37,330 nucleotides of DNA from a virus, in IMG/VR virus record IMGVR_UViG_3300045988_164629, positions 1 to 37,330 of that record; one strand, 5' to 3'. The position numbers were made by a program, and so were the translations under genes. This document shows positions 9,530-19,032 of the stretch, in pieces; positions within the stretch are counted from its first letter, which is position 1, and every line of letters starts with the position of its first letter. The notes under the pieces were generated by a model. That model did no database searches. It saw only the letters and a list, made by a program, of their open reading frames with translations, and had not been told where the DNA came from.

Positions 9530-10009
9530 ATGGCAGACCAATCGGGACTAATAATATCAAGTGCTGACGTCCAAGTTTGGGTAAACTTAGGAAATGGAGC
9601 AATTATACAATTGTTCACAGCGCAGAATTTTTCGGGAAGTATAGAAAAGTCGGTAAATGAGATTTATGCAATAAGTTCTGAAACTCCTATTTCCGTAAAA
9701 GGTATAAACAAAGCCTATTCAGGTTCTTTTGTTATACAATCAGGAGAATGGAACAGGTTAATAAACAGTTATAACGGGATAGCAACTACGTTGAGACCGT
9801 CATTAACTGATATTCCTGAAGGGCTTACCGTTACTATCATGTTCAGCAACAGGGCGGATTTAACCCCGACTGATACGACTTTGACCTATACAGGAGCACA
9901 ATTTAGCAATGATTCTTTCGAGGTCAATGCTAATGACCCTCAGACTTTAGTAACCTTGAATTTCAGGGCAACAGAACTTACAAGACAAGTTACACCAATA
10001 GCTATTTAA
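9530..10009 (+). CDS. Tail tube protein (putative)
   Basis: 159-aa ORF between the sheath and the chaperone pair. Confidence 0.45.
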   Translation: MADQSGLIISSADVQVWVNLGNGAIIQLFTAQNFSGSIEKSVNEIYAISSETPISVKGINKAYSGSFVIQSGEWNRLINSYNGIATTLRPSLTDIPEGLTVTIMFSNRADLTPTDTTLTYTGAQFSNDSFEVNANDPQTLVTLNFRATELTRQVTPIAI

Positions 10010-10062
10010 TCAGATAGGGGATTATTCCCCTATCTCCTTTTCACATTTAAAACTATCAACAC

Positions 10063-10428
10063 ATGAGCACATTTAAAGTTTCAAATTTCACATTTATAGA
10101 AAAATTACCGGACAAAAAAGGTATATTTGAGGAAATAGAAGTAACAGAAGATGTAGAATTAAGACATGCAGAGCGTACACGTTTGGAAGATTCAATTTTC
10201 ATTACTTCTTTGTTGGATAATTCGGATACGACGACAGAGAGAAAGATAAACGACGCAATAAAATACGTTAATATATTTGTCGTTGACAAGACTTTAGCAA
10301 AAAGGATTTCAAGTGACGGGATTGCATGTCTGTCTCTGTTCTCTTCAGAACAAGTACAGGAGGATTTGATAAATTTTATCAATCGGGCAGGGAAAACCCT
10401 AAATATGCAGATGCCCGAGCAGAAATAG
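10063..10428 (+). CDS. Tail assembly chaperone (G/E-like)
   Basis: 121-aa acidic ORF immediately upstream of the tape measure, overlapped by a -1 frame ORF. Confidence 0.5.
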   Translation: MSTFKVSNFTFIEKLPDKKGIFEEIEVTEDVELRHAERTRLEDSIFITSLLDNSDTTTERKINDAIKYVNIFVVDKTLAKRISSDGIACLSLFSSEQVQEDLINFINRAGKTLNMQMPEQK

Positions 10429-10625
10429 AATATAAATTAACACAATATAGCAAGACAGACCCCCTTTTGATAAAAAAAGCTCTTGTTTCTCATTTTTTCC
10501 ATATTCCGATTAATAAAATTACAAAATCATTAACTTTGGAAGAAATAGAAAAATACCATTGTCTTGCTTTATGGATAATGGATAACGTGAATTTCGCACC
10601 ATTTAAAATTGACAAAAAGAAATAA
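10063..10625 (+). CDS. Tail assembly chaperone -1 frameshift fusion product (GT/E+E'-like)
   Basis: Frame analysis done by hand: ...EDLIN then a -1 slip gives FYQSGRENPKYADAR... to stop at 10625. This is the conserved arrangement before a tape measure gene. Confidence 0.45.
10371..10377 (+). promoter_or_regulatory. Slippery heptamer A_AAT_TTT for programmed -1 ribosomal frameshift
   Basis: X_XXY_YYZ pattern in the zero frame (codons AAT 10372-74, TTT 10375-77). A -1 slip enters the frame of ORF 10326..10625, which stays open to 10625. Confidence 0.5.
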
Positions 10626-10628
10626 TCT

Positions 10629-12515
10629 ATGCCTAATATCTATCAAATAGAGCTTAATCTAAAGGGAGACCTAAATGCCAAACTGGACGATGCTATAAAG
10701 AAAGCCCAGAACTTAAAAAGTATAACAAACAATATAGGCGGTAGGGGAGGTAGCTTTAATAATCCGGCAGGAGGGAGAAGATATAACCCTTATCCACATA
10801 TCCCAGAAGAACGCATGAATTTATGGCGGAGGATGAATTATGCTGCATATCGTTCTCCGTTTGCGAATAATCGCTATTTACTAAGGAATATAGATAGATA
10901 TTATCAGGCAAGACAAAGATTTTCAAATAATTTTATTGCAAATTCATTTACTTACTCAGGTTGGCAAAGGAATTTAGGGAACTTTGCTAACCTGATAGGT
11001 TCTGTAGGTAAAGCTGCATTACAGGCTATTCCGGCATTAAAATCTGTCATTGGGGTGTTAGGTGGAATTGTCGGGTTAAAAGCGGTGTCTATAGCCGGAG
11101 GCGGATTATTGTACCGTTGGGGTAGAAATAATCTCATGAGCGAACAAACCTCACAAGCGATATCAAATGTCTCGCAATATAATATGGCAAGATTAGCACA
11201 AGGGAGCGGATATAATGAGATGTTCCGTAATGCTACAGACATTGTTACGCAAACAGGAGGTTCCAGAGCCGGATTAGTTTCTTTGATGAATACAATGACG
11301 GGATTAACTGTAGGAGATACAAAATTATCGTCAAGAGATGCCCAATGGTTCGGACAATTAGCAGCTAAGATTTCTGCTGTTTCAGGCAGAGATTTACAGA
11401 TAGTCGGGTTGAACTTACAACAATTACTTACTACGTGGCAAGGTATAGACATGAAAGAACTTTTCAAGTCAGTGCCTTTAATCGAGAAGTATGTTTTTGA
11501 CCTTAGAGCGCAATCAAAGAATAAAGGAGAAGATATATATTCATTTATTAGAGAAAATCCCCAAGCTTTAATAAAGGCATTTGAAAAATTTATAGGACAA
11601 TTTGAATTGCCCAGAGCGGGGGTATTGAAAGGGCGTGTTCAATTATCTGAAGAAAATTTAGAGGCTGATAAATTAGAGTATTTAGAAGACTTTTATGAAG
11701 ATATAGCAAACACAAGTATACATATAAACGAATCATTATCTAAGCTGTACAAGATATTCGGTGAGGGGTATGATGGTTCAATATTTCAAAAGGCTATATC
11801 TGCTTTCGATTCCTTTATTTCTGGCATTATAGACGTAGGAAGTAAAATAATAAACTGGATAAATGAACATCCTACTATTAGCTCTTTTATAACAGGATTT
11901 GGTTCAGGCGCATTAGTGGGTTCATCTGCTGGCCCGATAGGGTCTGTTGTAGGTGGGCTTGCATCAGGGACTACGGCTGCATTGTGGTCTAAAGTGCCAG
12001 AATATAATTTGACGAAAGAGCAAGCTATTAATAAGCTAAAAGGCACGATTCTTAGGACGAATTATTTATATAGAGAGCCTTCAGATGATAAATTATATAA
12101 GTCCGGTTATTTAACATCCGCTGTAAAAGATATAAAATTAAGTGCTGATGATATAGAAACCCTTTTCAATAATCTTAATAATTTAGGGACAAAGGAGGCA
12201 AAAGATTTAATAAAGAGATTAAGATATTATACCCCTGATTTGACAGCGTTATCACGGGCATTTGAATTAACTTCAAAAGAGTTTATTCCTGCTCCTACAG
12301 TATCTCCAGTTAAAGATGAGACGGGTCGTATGAAAGATTTATCAAAGGGAAGTAAATCTCTGATTATAAATTTCAACAAGTCCATAGTAGACATGGACAA
12401 CCACATAAATACTACTGACCCGTCAACAATAATGAGGGAAATAGAGGATTATGTGACACAGGCAATAGCGAGAGGTCTAAATATAGCGTTTAACCAAGCA
12501 ACACCGTTAACATGA
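10629..12515 (+). CDS. Tail tape measure protein
   Basis: 628-aa ORF right after the frameshifted chaperones, with a Gly/Ala-rich hydrophobic segment GIVGLKAVSIAGGGLL. Confidence 0.55.
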   Translation: MPNIYQIELNLKGDLNAKLDDAIKKAQNLKSITNNIGGRGGSFNNPAGGRRYNPYPHIPEERMNLWRRMNYAAYRSPFANNRYLLRNIDRYYQARQRFSNNFIANSFTYSGWQRNLGNFANLIGSVGKAALQAIPALKSVIGVLGGIVGLKAVSIAGGGLLYRWGRNNLMSEQTSQAISNVSQYNMARLAQGSGYNEMFRNATDIVTQTGGSRAGLVSLMNTMTGLTVGDTKLSSRDAQWFGQLAAKISAVSGRDLQIVGLNLQQLLTTWQGIDMKELFKSVPLIEKYVFDLRAQSKNKGEDIYSFIRENPQALIKAFEKFIGQFELPRAGVLKGRVQLSEENLEADKLEYLEDFYEDIANTSIHINESLSKLYKIFGEGYDGSIFQKAISAFDSFISGIIDVGSKIINWINEHPTISSFITGFGSGALVGSSAGPIGSVVGGLASGTTAALWSKVPEYNLTKEQAINKLKGTILRTNYLYREPSDDKLYKSGYLTSAVKDIKLSADDIETLFNNLNNLGTKEAKDLIKRLRYYTPDLTALSRAFELTSKEFIPAPTVSPVKDETGRMKDLSKGSKSLIINFNKSIVDMDNHINTTDPSTIMREIEDYVTQAIARGLNIAFNQATPLT

Positions 12516-13294
12516 CAAAAGAGAATGATTATAAAACGAGTTCAGGGTCTGAATTGCAAGATAAGTTCAGAAATACCGTATCTATTCCACAAAACATAAG
12601 GGGAGAACTTGCAAAAGCGGGGGATACGATAAGAGATGCGGAGCAAGCAGCAGCTACAGCATTAGCCCTTACGTTTTCTTCTGTAGGAATCGTAAAATCA
12701 GTGATACCGATATCATCTGAAGGAGGTTATATCAACGGGATAGGAAATAAGGTTAAGAGTTCATTGATAAACCAAAAAACCAGATATTCCGCTTCAAGCG
12801 CGAACGCGAAAGACAATCTTATTTCCGTGACAAATGAGAATGACTATATTTTCAGGATAAGTGATTATTATTTGCCGTTATCTTACAGCTTATCTATAAA
12901 CGCATCAAAAAATATTGTCAAAAGCCAGTTGGTAGACGGGTCGGCGATATATGAAATGACTTCATACAACCCCGCGGAGATAATATTAAGAATAAAACTT
13001 GAAAGGAAGCCTATAACCGACAATGGGAGGTATGACCCTATGTCTTTCCGACAGAATCAAGGCGCAATGGCTGGCGATATAGTCAAATTTGCGACAGTTA
13101 TAAATGATTTGTATAAAAACAAATCGGTATTCGCCATATATAATAATTTCACAAATAAAGAGGTAGGGATACAGTTCGTCGTATTGGCGAGATATGCTAT
13201 AGACCCACAAGAAGGGTCTACAGTTACCAATATTACCCTTAATTTGCTTGAAGTAGATTTAACGCGTCAAACATTATTTGTAGAAAAACAATGA
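12512..13294 (+). CDS. Tail protein (hypothetical)
   Basis: Lies between the tape measure and the baseplate genes. Confidence 0.35.
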   Translation: MTKENDYKTSSGSELQDKFRNTVSIPQNIRGELAKAGDTIRDAEQAAATALALTFSSVGIVKSVIPISSEGGYINGIGNKVKSSLINQKTRYSASSANAKDNLISVTNENDYIFRISDYYLPLSYSLSINASKNIVKSQLVDGSAIYEMTSYNPAEIILRIKLERKPITDNGRYDPMSFRQNQGAMAGDIVKFATVINDLYKNKSVFAIYNNFTNKEVGIQFVVLARYAIDPQEGSTVTNITLNLLEVDLTRQTLFVEKQ

Positions 13295-14409
13295 AATGTT
13301 ATTGTAATTTTTTCAGGTGTGGCAATGAAGTCTGGATAGAAGGGAAAAAGATATTGAACTTTGTTTCTTTCGTATCCGAAAACACCGTTATGAAGCTGGC
13401 GGAAACAGCGGAAATAACGTTGCCTTTTTATTCTATTGCCTATTTGAAAGGAGATGAAATAATTACTGGTTCTAAAATTGATGTAGAAGGGCTTAATATA
13501 AAAATAGGGGCTCATATACAAGTATATGCCTATTACCATAATATCAATTACGGGGAACAGGTAAACATAAATTTCGAGAATGACCCAGAAGCGGGGAAAA
13601 TGCTCGTATTTGACGGGTTTATAAAGAAAATAAAATCAGGGTTCCCGACTACTCTTGTATGTGAGGACAAATGTTTTATTTTGAGATTTGGAGTCGTAAA
13701 TAAGGATTGGACACAAGAGACCTCGATATATGAAGGGTTGAAAGTCTGTTGCGATGTAGGGAATGAGGCATTCAAGAAATACCGTTCGGATAACAATCTT
13801 ACAGGGGATTATGAAGAAATTTCCGTAGCCGATTATACCGCTACTTCGACATTCAACGAAAAATTATGGCAGGGAGTCAGCCCCTTTGAAGCTGCACAGA
13901 TGTTAATGCGTAAATTCGGCATTTATACGGGCATTGACCCAGAAGGGAAATTATTTATGGGAACGGGATTAAAATACACCCAGAAAAAAACCATAAAATT
14001 AGACACTTCTGTAAATGTAATAGAGCGAGATGTATCTCCTAAAAACGGGAAATTCGAGAATTATTATGTTACGGTAAACGGCTATGTAAACGGCAAGCGT
14101 ACGACAATAAATGTAGGGAATAAAGGTAATGGCAGACCTATCCGATTGAATTGCAGTTCTATACAGACACAAGAAGGGTTGGAAGAATTCGCAAATAATG
14201 CGTATCAAGGATTAAAGGGGGAATATAATAGCGGGACAATAACGACGTTGCTATATCCTCGCATAGATTTGTTCGACTATGTAAATTTCACTGACACATT
14301 ATTCCCTGAAAACAGCGCGAATCTGTATGTATTAGGGATAAGAAGAGAATTCAACGAAAACGGATATCATGTTTCATCAAAATTGACAAATGAAGAATGG
14401 ATGTTTTAA
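13291..14409 (+). CDS. Putative tail/baseplate hub protein (P2 gpD / Mu P-like position)
   Basis: 372 aa; positional call only. Start may be the internal Met at about 13390. Confidence 0.3.
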   Translation: MKCYCNFFRCGNEVWIEGKKILNFVSFVSENTVMKLAETAEITLPFYSIAYLKGDEIITGSKIDVEGLNIKIGAHIQVYAYYHNINYGEQVNINFENDPEAGKMLVFDGFIKKIKSGFPTTLVCEDKCFILRFGVVNKDWTQETSIYEGLKVCCDVGNEAFKKYRSDNNLTGDYEEISVADYTATSTFNEKLWQGVSPFEAAQMLMRKFGIYTGIDPEGKLFMGTGLKYTQKKTIKLDTSVNVIERDVSPKNGKFENYYVTVNGYVNGKRTTINVGNKGNGRPIRLNCSSIQTQEGLEEFANNAYQGLKGEYNSGTITTLLYPRIDLFDYVNFTDTLFPENSANLYVLGIRREFNENGYHVSSKLTNEEWMF

Positions 14410-15110
14410 GTTATAGGAAAAGCTCCAAGTTCGATTCTGCAATGCAGGAATTAGGGGACAATTTAAGGAGCGTGTTGAAAAGCTATTCTTCAGTATCTTT
14501 AGTATATGGTGAAGTTACTGGAGTAAATATGGAAGAGCTGACATTTGATGTCGTGTCGGACGATGATAACCAAATGTTCAATATCCCTCTTTCCATTATC
14601 CCCCATGATTCTACTTCCGTGATACAAATTCCGGAAATAGGCAGCAATTGTGTATTGGGGTTCGTACAGGGGGATTCTTCCCTATCTTTCCCTATAAAGT
14701 TCTCTAAAGTCCAGTCCGTATCTGTACAGTTCGAGATGTTAGAAGATAGCCAAAAGCAGCTTCTTACAATGGATAAGGACGGTATAACATATACAAATAC
14801 GACTGACAACGCGAAATTAGATATAAAAGTAGGGGAAACTTCAATAGAGATGCAGGACAAGATAGTCAAGGTAAATGGCGGGGAGAGTCCCATGATATAT
14901 ATCGAGAAGTTGGAAGCGAAGTTGAACGATTTTGTAAAAGCATTCAATAGCCATACTCATACCATACCAACAATAACGACATCTGTTCAGGTGGATACAA
15001 CCTCTGGAAAGGGATTTGGAGAAGCTTCTAATGTAGGAGTACCCGCACCGAGTTCAAAGGCAAAAGATTTCAATCAGGAAGATTTTCAGGATGAAACATT
15101 TACACATTAA
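14397..15110 (+). CDS. Putative baseplate spike/hub protein
   Basis: 237 aa; position after the gpD-like gene. Confidence 0.3.
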   Translation: MDVLSYRKSSKFDSAMQELGDNLRSVLKSYSSVSLVYGEVTGVNMEELTFDVVSDDDNQMFNIPLSIIPHDSTSVIQIPEIGSNCVLGFVQGDSSLSFPIKFSKVQSVSVQFEMLEDSQKQLLTMDKDGITYTNTTDNAKLDIKVGETSIEMQDKIVKVNGGESPMIYIEKLEAKLNDFVKAFNSHTHTIPTITTSVQVDTTSGKGFGEASNVGVPAPSSKAKDFNQEDFQDETFTH

Positions 15111-15148
15111 ATTTTAAATTATTATATTAGTGGTGAAATTTATGTTAT

Positions 15149-15490
15149 ATGCAAGATTTTAAGTTTGACATAGAGAATAATGACATTGTATTTGGTTCAG
15201 ATATGGTTATTATAGACTCATGTAGCGTACAAAACGGTACATTGATATTTATGAAAAGCGTAGCCAGCATAGATAATCCAAGTATCGGGGTAGGTTTCCA
15301 AGAAGTAGCCATAAATGTAAATCAAAATGAAGCGAATGAATTAGCCACAAGAGCGGAGAATCAAATCCTTAACGATGGGGGGCGTATAGCAGAAATTTCA
15401 GTGCAAGAGACAGAGGAATCTGGAGTATATGAGTATGAGTTGCAAGTAGTATATAATTCAGAATACAAGCAATATGGCATACAAAGTTAA
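15149..15490 (+). CDS. Putative small baseplate protein
   Basis: 113 aa; positional call. Confidence 0.3.
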   Translation: MQDFKFDIENNDIVFGSDMVIIDSCSVQNGTLIFMKSVASIDNPSIGVGFQEVAINVNQNEANELATRAENQILNDGGRIAEISVQETEESGVYEYELQVVYNSEYKQYGIQS

Positions 15491-15848
15491 ATATGGAGAT
15501 ACTATTTTTGATGTTTTGTTGAACGTTTGCGGAGATTATTCGCAGATAAACGAAATATTATCCTTAAACGGGCTATTGTCTTATACTCCACAACTGACAG
15601 TAGGACAAGAGTTGGAAGTAGAAGGATTGCAAACTTCAAATAATGCTACTCTGATAAGAGCCTCTGAATTCCCATATAATTCCAATTTATTATCGGAAGA
15701 GGAATTAGATAAACAGATTGAACAAATAATAGATTCTATCGAGGGAGGATATTTCATGGAAGTACAACCGAACTATACTAATGTTCCACAAAACGGAGAT
15801 TCTCAATATATAAATATATATACTAACTCAACTTTTAATGTTTTATAA
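15474..15848 (+). CDS. LysM-like domain tail protein (P2 gpX-like)
   Basis: N-terminal YKVKYGDTIFDVL...INEILSLNGL...LTVGQELEV resembles the LysM consensus. Confidence 0.4.
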   Translation: MAYKVKYGDTIFDVLLNVCGDYSQINEILSLNGLLSYTPQLTVGQELEVEGLQTSNNATLIRASEFPYNSNLLSEEELDKQIEQIIDSIEGGYFMEVQPNYTNVPQNGDSQYINIYTNSTFNVL

Positions 15849-15850
15849 TT

Positions 15851-16483
15851 ATGGCAGTAACAAAAGGGCATGTAATATTAGACCCGTCATCAGGTAGTGG
15901 GGATACCCAATTAACCCTAAAGGCAGAATCGGCTAATGTAGGTAACCGTGAAATAGTAAGTACCGTATTTACGATAAAAGCAGCAGGAGTTACCCCAGAC
16001 AAAACGATAACAGCGAATTTAGCTGCAGCACCAGAGTTTATTACTTTAGGCCAAGCAAGTACAGGAGTAACTCTGCCTGCCACAGCAGGCAGAGTTACAA
16101 TAACTGGAGTATCTAACAGCCCTAAGTTGGAATTCGGAGTAGAAGGAGGGGATATTATCGAAGAAGACTTAGGAGAAAAAAACTACACAGTAGAAGAAGA
16201 TACTAATGCAGTTAATGGTGTTAACATCAATGGAGACCCAGGCGCTGACCATAAGTATGAATTCTCAATAGAGCTTAATTATGTGTTGAATGATACTGTA
16301 GAGTCAAGAACACAGGTGTTTACTATTCAAGGCTCATCAGAATCAACAAAACAGACATTAACGATTACACAGAGTGCAGGTGCTGCAAGATTGGAGGTTA
16401 CTCCAGCTACTATTACCGTACCACAAGACGGTTCTGTTGTAAATGTACAAGTTACAACCAACACTACATTTACTGTATCTTAA
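15851..16483 (+). CDS. Tandem Ig-like/BACON-like domain protein (tail accessory)
   Basis: Two beta-rich repeats with patterns LTLKAES...TVFTIKA and TLTITQSAG...ITVPQDGSVVNVQVTTN. Confidence 0.3.
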   Translation: MAVTKGHVILDPSSGSGDTQLTLKAESANVGNREIVSTVFTIKAAGVTPDKTITANLAAAPEFITLGQASTGVTLPATAGRVTITGVSNSPKLEFGVEGGDIIEEDLGEKNYTVEEDTNAVNGVNINGDPGADHKYEFSIELNYVLNDTVESRTQVFTIQGSSESTKQTLTITQSAGAARLEVTPATITVPQDGSVVNVQVTTNTTFTVS

Positions 16484-16553
16484 AGTTTTATTACCTCTTC
16501 TCTATGATGCAAAAATATGTTAATATGGGGGGGTAATTTAAAAGTTTGTATAT

Positions 16554-16853
16554 ATGGCTATAATTAGAAAACAAAAAAAGTGGTCTGACGGTATAGGATA
16601 TTTATACGTATCATATGACCCTGAAAAAAAATCCCAAAGAGTAGAAATTACTTCGGATATAAATGCTACATTTGAACAAAGAGACCAAAGTGTTATATTT
16701 CAAACTACAATAGGAGAGAAAGAAGATACTTTATATTTGGTGCAAAGAGCAGAAGATTGTAAAGTAGCATATTATCATTCTACTGGAATGGGAGATATAA
16801 GGGCGGTATATAGTATGAACGGGAAAGAGGTATTAGGAGTATTTAAAGTATAA
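16554..16853 (+). CDS. Hypothetical protein
   Basis: 99-aa ORF; a G7 run sits upstream. Confidence 0.4.
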   Translation: MAIIRKQKKWSDGIGYLYVSYDPEKKSQRVEITSDINATFEQRDQSVIFQTTIGEKEDTLYLVQRAEDCKVAYYHSTGMGDIRAVYSMNGKEVLGVFKV

Positions 16854-16857
16854 ATAT

Positions 16858-17709
16858 ATGGCAGTACAATATGTAGATATAACATCATTATCAGAATATA
16901 CAGAGAGCGATTTAAATGGGAATGAGCCTATACAAGTCTCAGCCTCTGCATTTACGACTGTGAATGCTATAAATGAGTTCGGAGAAGCAAAATTCGGGGG
17001 GAGACCTACTATGTTGGAATTGCCTAACTCATTTATAAATCTTAATGATGGTTCTTCTTCAGCAGCTATATCCAATGTAATTAATTCTGTCTCTTCTGGG
17101 TGGAATGATTTTGTATCTAAAGTAAGCTCGGCTAATATTGTATATAGTCGTTCAGGAGTAGCAGCATTAAACAATTACAGGATATTTGTAGCGACAATAA
17201 CGTCCAACTTGACAAATACAGCTAGTTTTGTCGATGTGTCTAATAACACTATTACATTAAGAGTTATTACATATAATTCGTCAAGTAGTACCTATACTTT
17301 CAAATTGACGAGTTATAATGTAAATACTATTAAAAATAGTATACCGACAGGCTCATTTAAATATCAAACCGGTAATGTTTTCGACTATCCAAAGCCAGGC
17401 GATTATATATTAGGAGTTTATTCGGCTACTACGTCCGTAATTAATTTAAGGGCTTCAGATTTTTTGATAGACAATAACCATACATGTAAAATAGCAGTAC
17501 CCTACAATACTACAAAAGTACAAGTTGTGACGAATAACGGGATTCCCCCGTTAATGACAGATTTGGCATTTGAGCCTACTGATTTCGGTGCAAATACCAA
17601 CGATAGGATAGTTTATACTATTACAGCTTTTGCGTCAAATAACAATCCGTCAGCAAGCCAAATTTGGTTTTTTATAGATGCAGAGTTATATAGATTAAGA
17701 ACGAAGTAA
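16858..17709 (+). CDS. Hypothetical tail/baseplate protein
   Basis: 283 aa, Ser/Thr/Asn-rich, with AT3-rich codon usage. Confidence 0.4.
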   Translation: MAVQYVDITSLSEYTESDLNGNEPIQVSASAFTTVNAINEFGEAKFGGRPTMLELPNSFINLNDGSSSAAISNVINSVSSGWNDFVSKVSSANIVYSRSGVAALNNYRIFVATITSNLTNTASFVDVSNNTITLRVITYNSSSSTYTFKLTSYNVNTIKNSIPTGSFKYQTGNVFDYPKPGDYILGVYSATTSVINLRASDFLIDNNHTCKIAVPYNTTKVQVVTNNGIPPLMTDLAFEPTDFGANTNDRIVYTITAFASNNNPSASQIWFFIDAELYRLRTK

Positions 17710-17711
17710 TC

Positions 17712-18497
17712 ATGGAAGATATAAGACAACAAATAATAATAGCTATACAGTCTTTATTCCAGAACGTAAACACTTCTGCTTCTGCTATATGGATGCGTCT
17801 TGTAGACGCTCTTTCTACTATATTCAATATAATATCTAATGAGATACTATTTTCAGAAGATAATATAGCCAATACAGCTCGGAGTTTAAGAGTAACACGT
17901 AAAGATTATTATCTGGATAAGGCTTTATATTTCCAATATGGGGATAATCTGGTAATTTTGGATAATGATACTAAAGAAATGGGGTATAATCCTATAAACG
18001 AGAATAACAGGATTATAAAGCAGGCTACAGTATCTACGTCTGAAGGAGGTATAATATTAAATGTAGCTACTACCGACAATACAGGCAATCTAACTCCTTT
18101 GAGTTCAGACCAGCTTACGGCATTCAAAGATTACTACGAAAATTTTATACCATTGGGATTCAATCTATTTATACAGAGCCGAGAACCGGATATATTGACA
18201 TTCCCTGAAGGTATGACAGTATATTACAGTGCCGGCAATTCTCTTGCTCAGGTGAAAAATGATATAGAATCCATGAAAACGACTATACAACAGAATATAG
18301 TGTTAGGCGCTCCACTGTTCATAAACGATTTAGAAAAATCCTTCCAAGAAGTATCAGGAGTTGAAGCAGCATATATCCCTGACGTTGTTTCTACAAATGG
18401 GTCACTGACATATAATGCGGAAAATGGAAGGATAAAATTAGTATCAGGATATTTTAATTTTGCGGAGGATTTAAATATTAGCTATGTTCCCGTTTAG
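17712..18497 (+). CDS. Putative baseplate protein (J-like position)
   Basis: 261 aa; positional call. Confidence 0.3.
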   Translation: MEDIRQQIIIAIQSLFQNVNTSASAIWMRLVDALSTIFNIISNEILFSEDNIANTARSLRVTRKDYYLDKALYFQYGDNLVILDNDTKEMGYNPINENNRIIKQATVSTSEGGIILNVATTDNTGNLTPLSSDQLTAFKDYYENFIPLGFNLFIQSREPDILTFPEGMTVYYSAGNSLAQVKNDIESMKTTIQQNIVLGAPLFINDLEKSFQEVSGVEAAYIPDVVSTNGSLTYNAENGRIKLVSGYFNFAEDLNISYVPV

Positions 18498-19032
18498 AGA
18501 AATAAATATACCTAAACTTATTTACCAGATAAACAGACCTAATTATATGGTAAATAATGAATACAGGTTGAACAACTTCTATAAGCTGTTGTTATGTTTG
18601 TTATATCCTTTTATCTTACTATGGAACGAATATAATACAAAAAGGCAACGGGCATATAAAATCGCTGCCTGCCAATATGGGAAGCAACAAGTAATAGATA
18701 TTCTTAATGACCTATACGACCCTGACGGGAGGCATATAGAGGCTATAAATATCACTTCAAATAAAGTATATCTATATCCTTCAGATTATGAAGCTGGCGA
18801 AAAAGTATATTGGAGCAATAAAGACTATACGGCTGGGGGAAAGTCATATTTATATACTTCATCTTTGACAACAGGAGTAATTATAAATTACCCGTCTTAT
18901 TTAGAAGAAAATAAAGATACATTTTCAGAATTTACCCAAACTGTAGATTCATTAATAATATGGGGAATAAAATATAAACTAAAATCAGTACAATATGCTC
19001 AAAGACACAATATTATCATATATAAACGATGA
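18484..19032 (+). CDS. Putative baseplate/tail fibre assembly protein
   Basis: 182 aa; positional call. Confidence 0.3.
   Translation: MFPFREINIPKLIYQINRPNYMVNNEYRLNNFYKLLLCLLYPFILLWNEYNTKRQRAYKIAACQYGKQQVIDILNDLYDPDGRHIEAINITSNKVYLYPSDYEAGEKVYWSNKDYTAGGKSYLYTSSLTTGVIINYPSYLEENKDTFSEFTQTVDSLIIWGIKYKLKSVQYAQRHNIIIYKR

Noticed and set aside
16071-16094. Perfect 9-bp inverted repeat ctctgcctg-ccacag-caggcagag
   Set aside because: It lies inside the Ig/BACON-like ORF, with no flanking U-tract or regulatory context. It probably just reflects the coding sequence (LPATAGR).
18484-19032. 38-nt overlap with the tail fibre ORF, considered as a second programmed frameshift
   Set aside because: There is no slippery heptamer in the overlap, and the downstream ORF has a plausible start of its own. 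An ordinary overlapping start is more likely.
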